Assembly: GCA_951406725.2 (NCBI GenBank) | Contig: OX597823.1 | Location: forward strand, 5,208,001-5,272,000 | DNA: 64,000 nucleotides | Source: Octopus vulgaris | Lineage: Eukaryota | Direction of reading: 5' to 3' | Part shown: in pieces, positions 26,875-39,590 of the stretch | How positions within the stretch are numbered: position 1 is the first letter of the stretch | How the letters are laid out: every line of letters begins with the position of its first letter | Program-made: the position numbers and the translations under genes | Notes under the pieces: model-generated | Told to the model about the DNA's origin: nothing | Database searches by the model: none | Seen by the model: the letters and a program-made list of their open reading frames with translations, nothing else

Positions 26875-28894
26875 TTGTGTTGTTAGATGTTGTATTTAGT
26901 ATTAACATTCCTGTTGAGGTTACATCTTCAGGTTGATGTGTGTTTGTTCTGCTTCACTGCTTCTCGCATGTTCCCAGCAGCTCTTTTCCTTATGTTTGCT
27001 TTACTTTTTACATTCCATATTCTTAAGACTTCAGACTTCACTGACCTACATTTTGCTCTAGTTATCAACCTATACTAACTAGCATGCAGTTTCCATTATT
27101 AGCCTTTTGGAACTGAGGGGTCGAGCAAACAACACCTGTTTATTTAATTCACAACCACCTTATTTATTCTGTCTAAAGAAAAAAATAATAATGACTAAAG
27201 AAAAGGAGAAAAGTGAAGTGAAAAGATCAGCTTGTGGCCAGCCATAGGGGCTGATCACATTCCTTTATGAAATGTGCAGCTCTTCAACACCACCACCACC
27301 ACCACCACTACCATTTGAAAGGAGGAACTTAGTTTATGCTTGACAAACCCTTCTCACTCTCTTCCTCTCCAGCGTTATTGAGTTTTCAGTTCCTGGTATT
27401 GTATGTTAACCTTTCATTAACATACTTCAAATGAAATACACAGCATTCATTTCAGTTAATTTTGAAAATAATGAAGAATTTAGTAAAATCCATTCTCAGA
27501 CTGGCATCTGGAACAAATTAACATGAAATTTTGATAGGTTTTTAGGCCACTTCAAAACAGGAAGTTTGTATCATAGAACCAGGAACGATCTTAGGCAGGT
27601 TGTTTTCAACCTTACCATCATTGGATGACACAATCTGATTAGATAATAAATGACTGGATGATCATGGCTGGAATGCCCTTGAACATAGGACTGCTTAACT
27701 TTTTTTGTATCATATTTGTGTTGAAATACACAGCCTTCATTTCAATAATAAAATGACATTGCAGGTCTTAGTATTGGTATTTCTTTGAATGAATCAGTCA
27801 AGTATTAATGATATATTAATTAAATCTGCTTGCTTCCCAACCATGTGATCGTAGGATCAGTGCAGTGCAGCATCTTGGGCAAGTATCTTCTACTATAGCC
27901 CCAGGTCAACCAAAGACTTGTGAGTGAATTTAGTAGGTGTGTGCATGTGTGTGTGTAGGCATATAGCCTAGTGGTTAGGGAGTTGTGTTCACAATCACTA
28001 GATTGTAGGTTCAGTTCACAGACTGAGTGGCACATTGTGTTCTTGAGCAAAACACTTCATTTCCTGTGGCTCCAGTCCAGTTAGCTGTAAAGGGGTAAAC
28101 CTGTGAGGGACTAGCTGTCCAATCAGGTAGAACATTGGCCTGCTCACCTAACCAGTTGAATGGCATCGTTCAAACACTAAAACAATGCAGAGAACATTGT
28201 GACCTACAATGTATATCAGCATCTGATAGCCTGGTTGACCATGTGGTTGTGTGTGTGTGTGTGTGTGTGTGTGTTTATATAAAGGGAGAGTGTTGGGGTA
28301 GAAGGGTGTACCATTGTCTTAATGTCATATAATAGTTGTAAATGAACATCACCATCATTCAGGTGATGTTTGTTTCCAGACTTCCATGAAGAGCATATTT
28401 GGCCATGGGGAAATATTACTTTACTTGGAAACAGATGAGAGTTGGCAACAGGAAAGGCATCGGGTCATAGAAAATCTACCTCAAATTCCTTCTAACCCTT
28501 GCAAGAATGGAAAAGTGGACAATGGATGGTGATAGTATCTAAACTAAACTCACATCATTGTTGTTTAAGCTAAAGGGACCCTGGTTAAGTAGATGTATGA
28601 TTAAAAGCATTCAGGCCATCGCCCTCTCTTTTCTTTGCTTTTTCTCTTGAGGCATATCTCCTGGACATCATTATTCACTATGTTCCATTTTAAGATGGGA
28701 GGGAATTGGCTGAGGCAGATTTAGCTGTTACTTTTATATGAGAGACACTCTCTCATCGGCTCTGTATGTATATAGTCTTGGTGTAAAATTTGGTTGATTT
28801 ATTCCTGAATTTTCTCCCAGTTGTTTGGTGGATGACCTCACAGACTTATTTGCTGCAGATATATATGGAATCAATTTATTTTATCAGATTATTT

Positions 28895-29282
28895 TTTTAC
28901 TTGTTTCAGTCATTTGACTGTGGCCATGCTGGAGCACTGCATTTAGTCAAGCAAATTGACCCCAGGACTTATTTTTTGTAAGCCTAGTACTTAGTCTGTC
29001 AGTCTCTTTTGCCAAACCACTAAGTTATGGGGACGTAAACACACCAGCATTGTTGTTGGGGGGATAAACGCAGACACAAACATACACACACATACATATA
29101 TACGACAGGCTTCTTTCAGTTTTCATCTACCAAATTCACTCACAAGGCTTTGGTCGGCCCAAGGCTATAGGAACTTTTGGTCGGCCCAAGACTATAGGGC
29201 TATAGGCCATTCAGAGGGACTGGACTCATAACCATGTGGTTGGTAAGCAAGCTACTTACCACACAGCCACTCCTGCACCTAT
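28895..29282 (-). mobile_element. Octopus-type tRNA-derived SINE family A (representative near-complete copy; about 30 copies or fragments in the window)
   Basis: Head ggtgcaggagtggctgtgtggtaagtagcttgc...ttgtgagtgaatttggtagatgaaaactgaaagaagcc, internal (TG)n, tail gcagtcaaatgactgaaacaagtaaaa. Related copies e.g. 3036-3190, 7330-8150, 9730-10235, 10980-11515, 26012-26545, 33460-34590, 52870-53900, 61560-61955. Confidence 0.85.
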
Positions 29283-29656
29283 ATTGACTTTAAAAAAAAA
29301 AATTTTAATAATTTTGAAGTATCAAATTTTACCTTTTATTATTGTTGTTGTAGTTGAGGGGGAAGCTTAAGTTGGCAGACCCATTTGCATGAGAGACAAC
29401 ATGTTTAGTGGCTTGTCGTCCATCTTTATCTTCCGAGTTCAAATGCCACTGAAGTCAACTTTGCCTGTCATCCTTTTGGGGTCAATAAAATAAGTACCAG
29501 TTGAGCACTGGGGTTTATTTGCTGTCCCCCTTTCCCAAAATTTCAAACTTTGTGCCCATAGTAGAAAGGATTATTATTATTATTATTCATATACTCACAA
29601 TGGATTAGACTGTTGGAAAAGAAAAAATTCCTAACATTGAGCTTTAACAAGTAATC

Positions 29657-29658
<2 letters not shown>

Positions 29659-29705
<47 letters not shown>
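29659..29705. repeat. (ATT)n microsatellite next to the exon D acceptor
   Basis: About 15 perfect ATT units directly upstream of the polypyrimidine tract; one of dozens of (TG)n, (TA)n, (ATT)n and (GAT)n tracts in the window. Confidence 0.9.
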
Positions 29706-29727
29706 TCTTCTCTTCTATTTTTTCCAG

Positions 29728-29888
29728 ATTTTCCCTATCAAAAGCAGCAGCAAATGTGCAGAGTTCTGGCAAACAACACCATTGTTTGTGATCCTGTGTT
29801 ATATGAGGAAATAGATATCTGGAAAAACCACAAAGACCATCTTGATTCTTTAATTCAAAAATATCAATTGACAATTAAAAATTTAAAG
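29728..29888 (+). CDS. Sulf1: SULF-like exon D
   Basis: Polypyrimidine tract + ttccag|, donor |gtttgt. Encodes DFPYQKQQQMCRVLANNTIVCDPVLYEEIDIWKNHKDHLDSLIQKYQLTIKNLK, matching Sulf CxILxNDTVxCDxxLYxxxxAWKDHKxHIDxEIxxLxxKIKNL. Confidence 0.93.
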
Positions 29889-30139
29889 GTTTGTATACAC
29901 ATTTGTAGACAGCATCAGTTTTGTTTTTCTTCTTCTATTTTGTTTTTCTTGTCAGTTTTGCCTTCAAGAACAACATTGATCAGGCTTTGTTTGGATATCT
30001 TTGGCTTCTAATTTAATATAATATTAATATTTGCTTTTTGTCTCCTTCACCTTTCATTACATTGTATTTTACTGTGTTTACTTACTGAAATACAGTAATT
30101 AGTAAGTTGTAGTAGTAGTAGTAGTGGTGGTGGTGGTGA

Positions 30140-33100
30140 TTATATTGAGGTTGAAGTAGTGTTGAGAAAATTGGTAACTATATTATCAAGAAGTCCAATC
30201 ACATCATATTTAAATTGAAAAAGGCTAAACTTCTGATCATCCAACTCAACCATTCTGGAGAAATAAACATCAATCGGATGAGAATACAACGAGAAAATGT
30301 TTTTTGCATTTTTATTATTGTTATTAGGGCCATGAAGTGGCAGAATCATTAATACACCAGACAAATTGCTTAGCAGCATTTCATCATATGTTCTGAGTTT
30401 AAATGCTGCTGACATCGAATCAGCCTTTCTTCCTTCTGGGGTCAATAAAATAAGTATCAGTTGAGCATTGGCACCAATGTAGTCAAGTTACTCACCTAAA
30501 AAATTGTTGGCCATCTGCCAAAATTTGCGACCGTTATTGTTGTTATTATTATTATTATTATTCAAATATTTATTTTTTGATATTTGTACAGATATATTTT
30601 GAAGATATTGAAATATTTTTGCATTGTGATATTTTCTTTTTTCAGAAATATTGTAATTGTTTCAAAGCCACACAGGGTAGACAGTAAAGGAGATTCAACA
30701 AATTATTGAATTTAAAGAAATTAAAGCAAATTGTTGCTTTAATTACTGGATTTCCTATTGCTATGCAAAGATATTAATTTTTTTACCCAGATTTTCACAG
30801 CTGGTTAAAATGGATTTGGTGGTGTCAAATTTCTTGTTTGGGGTTTGAATTTTTTCTTCCTATTTTTTATGATTTCAGGTATCTTCCAACATGGCTCTCT
30901 TTCAGAAATAAAAGGAATTCTTTCAGTTTACAAGAATTAAAAAAAAAAAAAAATCATATTAAGTTCAAGTTTCATTTATTCAGTGACATCACAGATATAA
31001 TACAATCTGTTTTGTCATTAAAAATAGAATGAAGACAAAAGTAGAAGAATTGCCTTGAAAAAAGAAGAAATTATTTTCTATAAAAATACCCCATATATTA
31101 CCTTGTATTGCTTCCCATTAGATGCATTATTAAGATACCAACTTGCTTGAGACCATCCCTGGTTCTTTAACAAACTTCCTTCTTTAAAGTAATCTAAACT
31201 TTCCATCAAAATAATTTATGTTCCAAACACCAGCTTAATTGATAGTTATTTCACTAAATACTTCATTTATTTGAAAATTAATTGAAACGAAGAGAGAGGA
31301 TTTCAACAGAAATATGGTGCTTAGAACATTTTCTAATGTAGCTTCCCATTTTTAAAACCCTTTCCCAACAATCTGCCCTGGACCATTCCCTGGTTCAATG
31401 ATACAAACTTCATGTTTTAAAGTGATCTAAATTAAAGCCGTCCCAAAATTTCACATTAATTTATGTTCCAAACACCAGCTTAATAACAAAGTTGTTATAC
31501 TAATTTCTTCATTATTTTCAAAGTTAATTCAAAAAAAGAGGTTGTAATTTAAAAAAATATAATAAAAGGGTTAAAGAGATCTAAAATCCGTCGTCAAAAT
31601 TTCATATTAATTTACGTCCCAAACGACAGTTGTTTTACTAAATAATTTTTCCTTATTTTAACATTTAGTTGAAACAAAGGCATTTCTTTATAAACATTGT
31701 AACAAAAAGGGTTAACAAGAACTCTTGCTTCCAACTTCAACCTGGAATAAATCTGTAAAGAAATGAAAAAATATTCTGAACAAAATTGAAGAAATTGTTT
31801 TGTAATTTAGAGTTTTTTCTCCTCTTCTACAAAAGAGGTTAATATCTTGAACAGCTCCAGCTTTTTCACATATTTTATATCTTTTCCAACCTTGTTTTAT
31901 AATGGAACTAAATTTTCTGAGCTGAAAGTTATATGGTGACAAGCTGGCAGAGTCGTTAGTGTTGGACAAAATGCCAACTCTTATTTCCTCTGACTCATTA
32001 CATTCTGTGTTCAAATTTCGCCAAGGTCAGCTTTATCTTTCATCGTTTTGGGGGGTTAATAAAATAAAGCACCAATCAAATAATGGGGTTGATGTAATTA
32101 ACTTGTTCCCTCCACTCGAAATGGCTGGCCTTGTCTCAAAATTAAAAAGAATTATTATTAAAATGGCAAAAGCTGGCAGGATGTTTAGCATGTTGGACAA
32201 AATGCTCTTCAGCATTTCCTCCAACTCTTTACAATCTGAGTTCAAATCACACCAAGGTCAGCTGTTCCTTTCATCATTTCAGGGTAAATAAATTACTAGC
32301 CAAGTGCTGGGCTCAATGTAACCGACTAACAAGCTCCCCCTAAAATTTAGAACAATCATTAGTTTTATTTACTTTTCACAATTTCTATCTTTAAAGTAAT
32401 ACCAGTAATTTTGTACGAACACTTGAAAGATTAAATTTACTCATTATATACACAGCAATTTAGTTTTGCATTGTATATATATTTTACTTTTTAATTTTTT
32501 TCTTGTAAAAGTAATATTTTGGAAATTTAAATCTCTAAATTTTATCAAAATTTTGAATTTTTTAACCATTTTTTCCTCACTGTCCTGGAGTCATTTACAA
32601 ATGGAACTGGGTCTTTATAAACACCCAATAGCGCTAGTTCTAGTTCCTTTGCTTCTGATTTGCTAATATTAATAATTATAGATTAATTGCTCTTACTACA
32701 GCAATCATGTTCTTTCAGGGTCCACCTATTCTATATGAACAACAATAGAACTGAGTTTTTTTTTTTTTTTTCGCTCTCTCCATTTTTGCTTAACAAAATT
32801 TTTTTTTTGTTAAATTTTATCTTTCTTTAAAATTTCCAACCCTCCAAGAAGCCATAGATTATTTCCATTCTTTTATCAGGAAGTACCTTTCAGCTTCATT
32901 TGCACTGATGAAGGATTACAAGGATTTGCTTAAACAGGTAAAAAATATTTTCCACATATTTGTTAGATTAGAAGATAACGAAGTGAAATTAACGAGTCTG
33001 CTTTGGCAGCTTCGTACCTTTTCATAAGAAACGGTTCGAAAACATTCAGCGGAAAGGTAGAAATTGTTTCATTTAACTCCAACACAACGGATAAATTATT

Positions 33101-33450
33101 CCGCTTTGTATGTCCATGAAGCATGTCATGAATGTCCAATTTCCAAGATATTCCTTGCTGCTCTTCCTTGATCATCAGTTTCAAATGTTAATTATATTCC
33201 AGTTCCTATAAAACTTTTCCTTGTCTAGCATATATATTTACTTCATTGTATGTTTGGCACCACCTGAGCCACCACCTGAATGAACTTATCATCTGCCACA
33301 TGTAACAATACGTTTGTGATATACTTTCTTTCTAAACCCTTCAGGAAATATGTATTTCTTAACCTCAGTGCCCCTAATGAGCAACATTTTAGAATTTCTA
33401 TTAATCTTAATATAGATTTCTTAACATATTTATAAATTTTGGGTTTTGGG
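30140..33450 (-). pseudogene. Unidentified decayed protein-like sequence antisense to Sulf, fragmented by SINE/MITE insertions
   Basis: Several non-repetitive minus-strand blocks translate to protein-like peptides with stops and frameshifts (see findings); no family recognised. Confidence 0.4.
31356..31574 (+). mobile_element. piggyBac-type MITE family 1 (representative of about 20 copies or fragments in the window)
   Basis: Ends (tt)aaccctt...aaagggttaa; shared core gatacaaact..ttttaaagtgatctaaattaaa..ttatgttccaaacaccagcttaataa. Other copies near 720-1315, 2090-2500, 3960-4125, 14970-15130, 27410-27610, 31130-31320, 31575-31714, 39690-39912, 40605-41038, 47110-47285, 47740-47930. Confidence 0.75.
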
Positions 33451-33459
33451 GGAACATCT

Positions 33460-33628
33460 ATAGGTGTAGTCATGGCTGTGTGGTTAAGAAACTCACTTAG
33501 TAACCATGTGATTTTAGGTTCAATCCCACTGCGTGGAACCTTAAGTAAATGTCTTCTACTATAGCCCTGTTTCAACTCAACCATTGTGAGCAGATTTGGA
33601 GGACAGAAACTGTGTAGAAGTTCATCTC

Positions 33629-33662
<34 letters not shown>

Positions 33663-34351
33663 TTACACACACATATGTATGTATGTATATGCATGCAGGC
33701 AGGACTATATGGTAAGAAGTTTCCTTCCAAACCACATACAGGTTCAGTCCCACTGTGTGGCACCTTGGCCAAATGTTTCTACTATAACCTTGGGATGACC
33801 CAAACCTTTTGAGTGGATTTGTTCGCTGAAAACTGAAAGAAGCCCATTGTGTGTGTGTGTATGTATATGTTTGTTTGTGTGATTGTCTTTTGCCTGACAC
33901 CCTGTGATAGTTGGAAGCAAGTGTCACTGCCATGCAAGCAGTATCCTTTGTTTGCAATCTTCTGTGAGATGTCTGGTCATGGGAGAAATATCACCTCACC
34001 TGGAAACAATCAAGAGATGGCAACAGAAAGCCATAGAAAATCCATCTCAGCAAATTCTGTCTGACCCATGCAAACATGGAAAAGTAAATGTTAAAGGGAT
34101 GGTGGTATGTATTTGCCCTTTTTGATTCTATGATCTTTCTCAATGGATTCTCTGTGTCCGGCATTTATCTTGTCTTTAATTTCTATGTTTGATGTGCAGG
34201 CATGGTTAAGAAGTTAGCTTCCTAACCACATGAATTCAGGTTCAGTCCCACTGCTTGACACCTTGGGTGTCTTCTACTATAGTCCTGGGCTAACCAAACT
34301 CTTGTGATTAGATTTGGTAGATGGAAACCAAAAGTAATCTGTCGTGTGTGT

Positions 34352-34386
<35 letters not shown>

Positions 34387-34590
34387 TGTATGTTAGTGTT
34401 GCCTTCTCTTGACATCACTGCCATGCAAGCAATGCAATTTATTTCTAATTTTCTGCGAGGAAATGTCTGGCCATGAGAAAATATTTCCTTGCTCAGAAAC
34501 AAGTGAGGGTTGGCATCAGGGCAGCAGGGCATAGAAAATCTATTTCAGTGAACTCCACCCGACCCATGCAAGCATGAAAAACTGGATGTT
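33460..34590 (+). mobile_element. Three tandem SINE family A copies
   Basis: Repeated heads (gg)catggctgtgtggttaagaa...ggttcagtcccactg at about 33470, 33695 and 34195, each followed by microsatellite; the last two end in acccatgcaa(g/a)catg tails. Confidence 0.8.
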
Positions 34591-36059
34591 AATTTTATTC
34601 AAATGCTTTCCAAGCACCCAAATTGTCATATTAGTAGATATTTATTTCAGAATTTTTTCACTCTGATTTCTCACAAGCTATGTAACCTTTTTCTTTTTAT
34701 CTATCTTATGACCAGGTTTTTCAGTTTTCCTTCTCACATTCTTTTGCCCTAAAAGTTTCATTACAATCCTTTCTTTTTATTATTTATTTAATAGAACATC
34801 ACCCTCCTTCCCTGAACATCTCACCCCTATTGTACACTTATTCAAGTGACTGCTTTTCATCTACCTGTCAAACTATTCTTCTTGTATCATTCTACGAAAC
34901 CCTCTCCTAATTTTCCTGTAGGCCAACAAATATATTTTGAAAACATTACTTTTATGTACCAGTAACCAATTTCTTTCAGTATATTTCCAACCTTTATAAT
35001 TGTTTTTATTTCTTTTTTAATCTTGATCAGACTACTTCTCAATAGTTTAGAATTTCATTGAGGTTCATGTTTTCTTAGTGAAATGGCTTGTATCTAATTA
35101 AAAAAAACCCAAAAAAACAAGAAAACCTTCAACATAGAAATCTTAGTGTAGGTTGTCTTCTGTTTAGTTTTGTTTAAAAAGAGAGTATGGCTACAATTGA
35201 AGCACATCAGTTATGAAAAATGCTATCATCAACAATACCATGTTTGCTGCCCCTAACTTATCTTCATTATTGTATGCTTGTGCTATTTCGAGCCTAAGCT
35301 GCTGATGTACACAGCTTGTGGAAAGAAAGACATTTGAAAGAGTGACAAGATAGATTCAAGTAAGACCAAAAACAAGCTAACAGTACATACACACATGCAT
35401 GCACACACTCTCTTAGATGTGAAAAATCCCATCAGCAATTGTGTGGTCCAGTATCATAGCAATTTCAGTGCTGAAAAATTATGGGACCACTCGTTTGGAA
35501 AGCATAAGTGATTGTACCCATCATTAGAATGCAAGGCAAACCATTACTGTCTTAGGACTTGTAAAAGCATGGGAGACATTGATTTAGGACAAGAACAAAT
35601 CGAAAAGAAATAAGGACTATTGCAACATAAGAAACAGTGCCCCTTGGATTACAGACAAAATAAACAGAAAGGATGCTAATGTAAAGGAAAATCAGAGTTG
35701 AGACTTTTGTCAAAACAGCACCTGAAGAGCAGAGAAAACATTGAAGTGCCTGGTTAATGAGAGAAAGAGGGGAAGAGAGAGAGACTAAACTGCTCTAGTT
35801 GTCAACTATTCTTAACTGTGTAAAATTTATGCTCTTCGACTGCTAGAATTTTCTAGGAATTTGCTTTAACTTCAGTATAAATTGTATCCCTTAACATATC
35901 TATCTGCTAAATGTACTCCAAACAAGATTGACCAAATTCATTTGCATTTCCAAATTTTCCCAAAAATATATTTCTTTCTAATTAGAATTCATACCAATCT
36001 TTCTCTTTCCACAATCTTTAATTTTTCATGACATATGTGCAGTTTTCCATTAAGCTTAC

Positions 36060-37300
36060 TATTGGGTCATCCCATAAATAATGCAGTTTTTCAAAATTAA
36101 GATAAACAAAATGTTTTAAAATCTAAAATATACTCTCCTTTATTTCCTACAATGCTCTTCCATCTATTTGGTAGACTTGCAAGGCCCCTCTTCCATAATT
36201 ATTTTGTCCTTGACAAAAAATACTCCTCCAGTACTGTTCTGACCTCACCTACAGAATTCATAATTTTTCCATCCAAATGATTTTGAAGACTGGGGAATAT
36301 ATGATAATCACATGGGGCAATGTCCAGTGAATATGGGGGAGGGGGCATCGTTTCCCATTCAAACTGTTCCAGCCTCTGGAATGTCATCCTCGTTGTATGT
36401 GGCCGAGCATTATCCTGATGGAAGAACACTTTTTGTCTTGAAATCAAAAATGGTCATTTTTCTTCTAGCACTGACTTCAGCCATTCAAGCTTCGTTTGTT
36501 ATTTTTGGTTTGGGTTCAAAAGTTCAAAGTGGACTAAACCTTTCATGTCCCACCAAACAGATAACAACACCTTACGTGAGTAAAGACCTTTAATCTGAGG
36601 TGCCAGTGTTTCTCCTTTCCCTACTGTCTTTGGCGCTTGACATTTTTAGAGAGAACCCATTTCGCATCACCAGTCACTATTCGGTCCAAAAAAGGTGCAT
36701 TCGTGAGATGTGACAGCAAAGAAGAGCACACATTCACTCTGCATGCGATTAAATTCAGACAGTTTGTGAGGAACACATTGACCCAATTTGCTGACTTTTC
36801 TGATGGCATGCAGGCATTGATGAATGGTTGAATGACCAAATTCAAGTTTCTCTGCTAGTTCCTCAACAGTTATGATGGGATTTTGTTCCACCAGGATTTG
36901 CAGGATGTCCTTGTGAAGCTCTACAGACCTTCCAGGATGAAGCTCATCATCTAGGCTGTAGTTTACAGCTCAGAATTTCTGGAATCACTGTTGACATTGG
37001 CTTAAGCTTCTTGTCCAATCCCCATATACTGCATTAATATTCCTTGCACTTTCCACTGCATTGTTGCCTTTATTGACCTCATAAAGCAAAATATGCTGAA
37101 TATGCCCCTTTGTCCCTTCCATTATAGCTTTGAAAAAACAACTACTAAAATTGAACTGCACTCTTCAAAACTTGCACTAAGAATAAGTACGAGGTAAAAT
37201 TACTACCTGCTTTTATAGCAAGTTGATGCAGGTAGTTTATCCTGTCCCCTTCCAACTTTTGGTTCATGCAATTGAAAAAACTGCATGGGATGGTCTAATA
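36060..37300 (-). mobile_element. Near full-length decayed mariner (DD34D-type) transposon
   Basis: About 1.24 kb flanked by TA. TIRs: tattgggtcatcccataaataatgcagtttttcaa and ttgaaaaaactgcatgggatggtctaata (right copy has a short deletion). Frameshifted transposase motifs CVPHKL (WVPHEL), RIVTGDAKW, FFHQDNARPH, PPYSLDIAPCDYHIF. Confidence 0.93.
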
Positions 37301-39385
37301 AATTTCTATCTATCCATATATGGAGAATTGATTGTGTAAGCATAAAAAAGTAACTCCAGAGTAATCAAGAGCTCAGTTAATATAACAGATTGCTCAACTC
37401 CAACATGTTATTACATAGCAATTAATCTTCATAGTACCAACTTACATGGATATGTGTAATCCTTTAAAATGATCCTTAAGAGCAGTGTATTTAATGTAAG
37501 AGCTTTCAAGTTAAATATATATTTGCCAAAAAAAAAAAAAAAAAAATAGAGAAAACCATGTTTTTTCAGTTTTATTGATATATTGTATTTCTATACCTTT
37601 TAACTTTTTGATACCAACTGCATTAGACAAACTTTCTGTTTTGGTGATCTAATTTAAAACTTTCAGTTAAAATTTCATGTTGTGTTCCAAACACAAGCTT
37701 AATAATGACCAACTTATTTTATTAAATTTATTTTCAAAGTAAATTAAAAGAAAGGCAAAGTATTTCTACAGAAATTTGGTAAAAAAAGAAGGGAAGCTTA
37801 AACAAATTCAATTATCTCTTTTAACTCTGTCATACTCTTTCATTATCATATTTTTGTGAAATAATACTGCCTTTGTTTTGGTTCATTTTGAAAATAATGA
37901 AGAATTTAGCAAAATAACTGTATCATTGTGGAACATATGATGAAATTTTGTTGAAAGGTTTTAAATTAGATCAGGAAATTTGTATCAAAGAAATGAAGAT
38001 GGTCTCAGATGAGTTGGTATCAAGAGGGTTTAAGAAAAAAACACAGTTTTTTTTTTTTCACCTTTAACTTACTTAGTTTTTTAAGTTTACGATGAACTTC
38101 CTATTCAAGTAGTGTCAGGCTGTTAAACAGTTCCCCATACCATCTATAATGCCATTTGGTTGAGGAATAAACACTCTATCAAAGAACTGTATCTTATTTT
38201 TGTTGTTTTGTCCTCTCTAAATCTTCTCTCACATTTATGGAGTGTAAGGCTAGAGCACGCAAGACTTGTGTTGCTGGTTGATCCAGTTTTGTAGAGTAAA
38301 TGTTTCTATTATATAGAAACACTTCATTTGTTTTCACCAGTTTGGCAATCAGTGTACACGTGTGTGTATATGTATGTATGCATGCAAGTATGTAAGTATA
38401 TAAGTATACCAGCTGTATGCAAATACAGACATGGCCATGGAGTTGAGATGTTTGCCTCACAATAACACTGTCCCGAGTTCTGCTCCATTCTGTTTGAGTT
38501 TCTCATTAATCGTACGTGTGTATCAGACTGCATTAATTAAATCAATTTTAACAAAGCAGCTCCAGGAGTCAATCAAAATGTTGAGGACTTTTAGTGATTC
38601 TTTTTGATAGTTCATGAACTTCTTCTTTCCCTTAAGCAGAATTCACCATTGAGGGGCTGCTTTGGAATGCAACTCATTTATTCAGGCCAACATTTTACAT
38701 CTCAAAGCCTGATCTCTCTCTCTCTCTCTCTCTCTGTCCAGTTAGTGACAAGAGATGACAAGCAATATTAGAAAATAGAAGTATAAGTGCAAATTTAATC
38801 TTGAGACAGTAATACACACTTGCACGCCCTGAACAGGTTTCTTTCAATTGCCATCTCCCAATGTTTTGGTCAGCCTGAGACTATAGTAGAAGACACTTGC
38901 CCAAGGATGTGATGTAGTGGGACTGAACCCCTAAACCATGTGTTGGGAAGCAAACTTCTCAACTGTACAGCCACACAGTCTTTGATAAAATTTCAGTCAT
39001 TTTTGTTGTTGTTATTTACATGAGTATTGTGTATAGACAAGTTGTTTACATCTCTCGAAACCTTTCAGAGTTGGCTAAACATGTAAAGATAGCATATAGA
39101 TGTATATTCTATAATGTAATCTAGTATAGAAACAAAATACTGTTAATGGATTGGCAATTTATTAATCCTTGATTAATCTTGAAAAAATATTTTATTTTAA
39201 AACATTTCTTTTCATATTTTATGTTCAATAAACACATCTAATCATGTTAATACAGAAAATATTTTACAGGTGGAAGTATTTTTCACCTGTGTAGTTCAGT
39301 TGGGATTTATTTTCAGCTTAGTGTTATATAAACAAGAATAATATGTCTTGTTTCATAATACTAAGAAATATGCAAATGCCACCAT

Positions 39386-39590
39386 TTGACCCTTTTGATA
39401 CCAACCTGCCTGACACCATCTCTGGTTCTCTGTTTCAAGGTGATCTAAATTAAATCTTTCTATCAGAATTTTACTTTCTGTGCCTATCACCAACTTAATA
39501 ATGACAAAGTTATTCTCTTAAATGCTTCATTATTTTCACAATTGAATCAAAGGCAGTGTATCAACAAAAATATGTTAACAGAAGGGTTAA
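39386..39590 (+). mobile_element. piggyBac-type MITE family 1 copy
   Basis: ttgacccttttgataccaacctgcctga ... gaagggttaa with the family core. Confidence 0.75.

Noticed and set aside
32905-32940. ctgatgaagg as a hammerhead core
   Set aside because: No stem II or GAAA follows; chance match.
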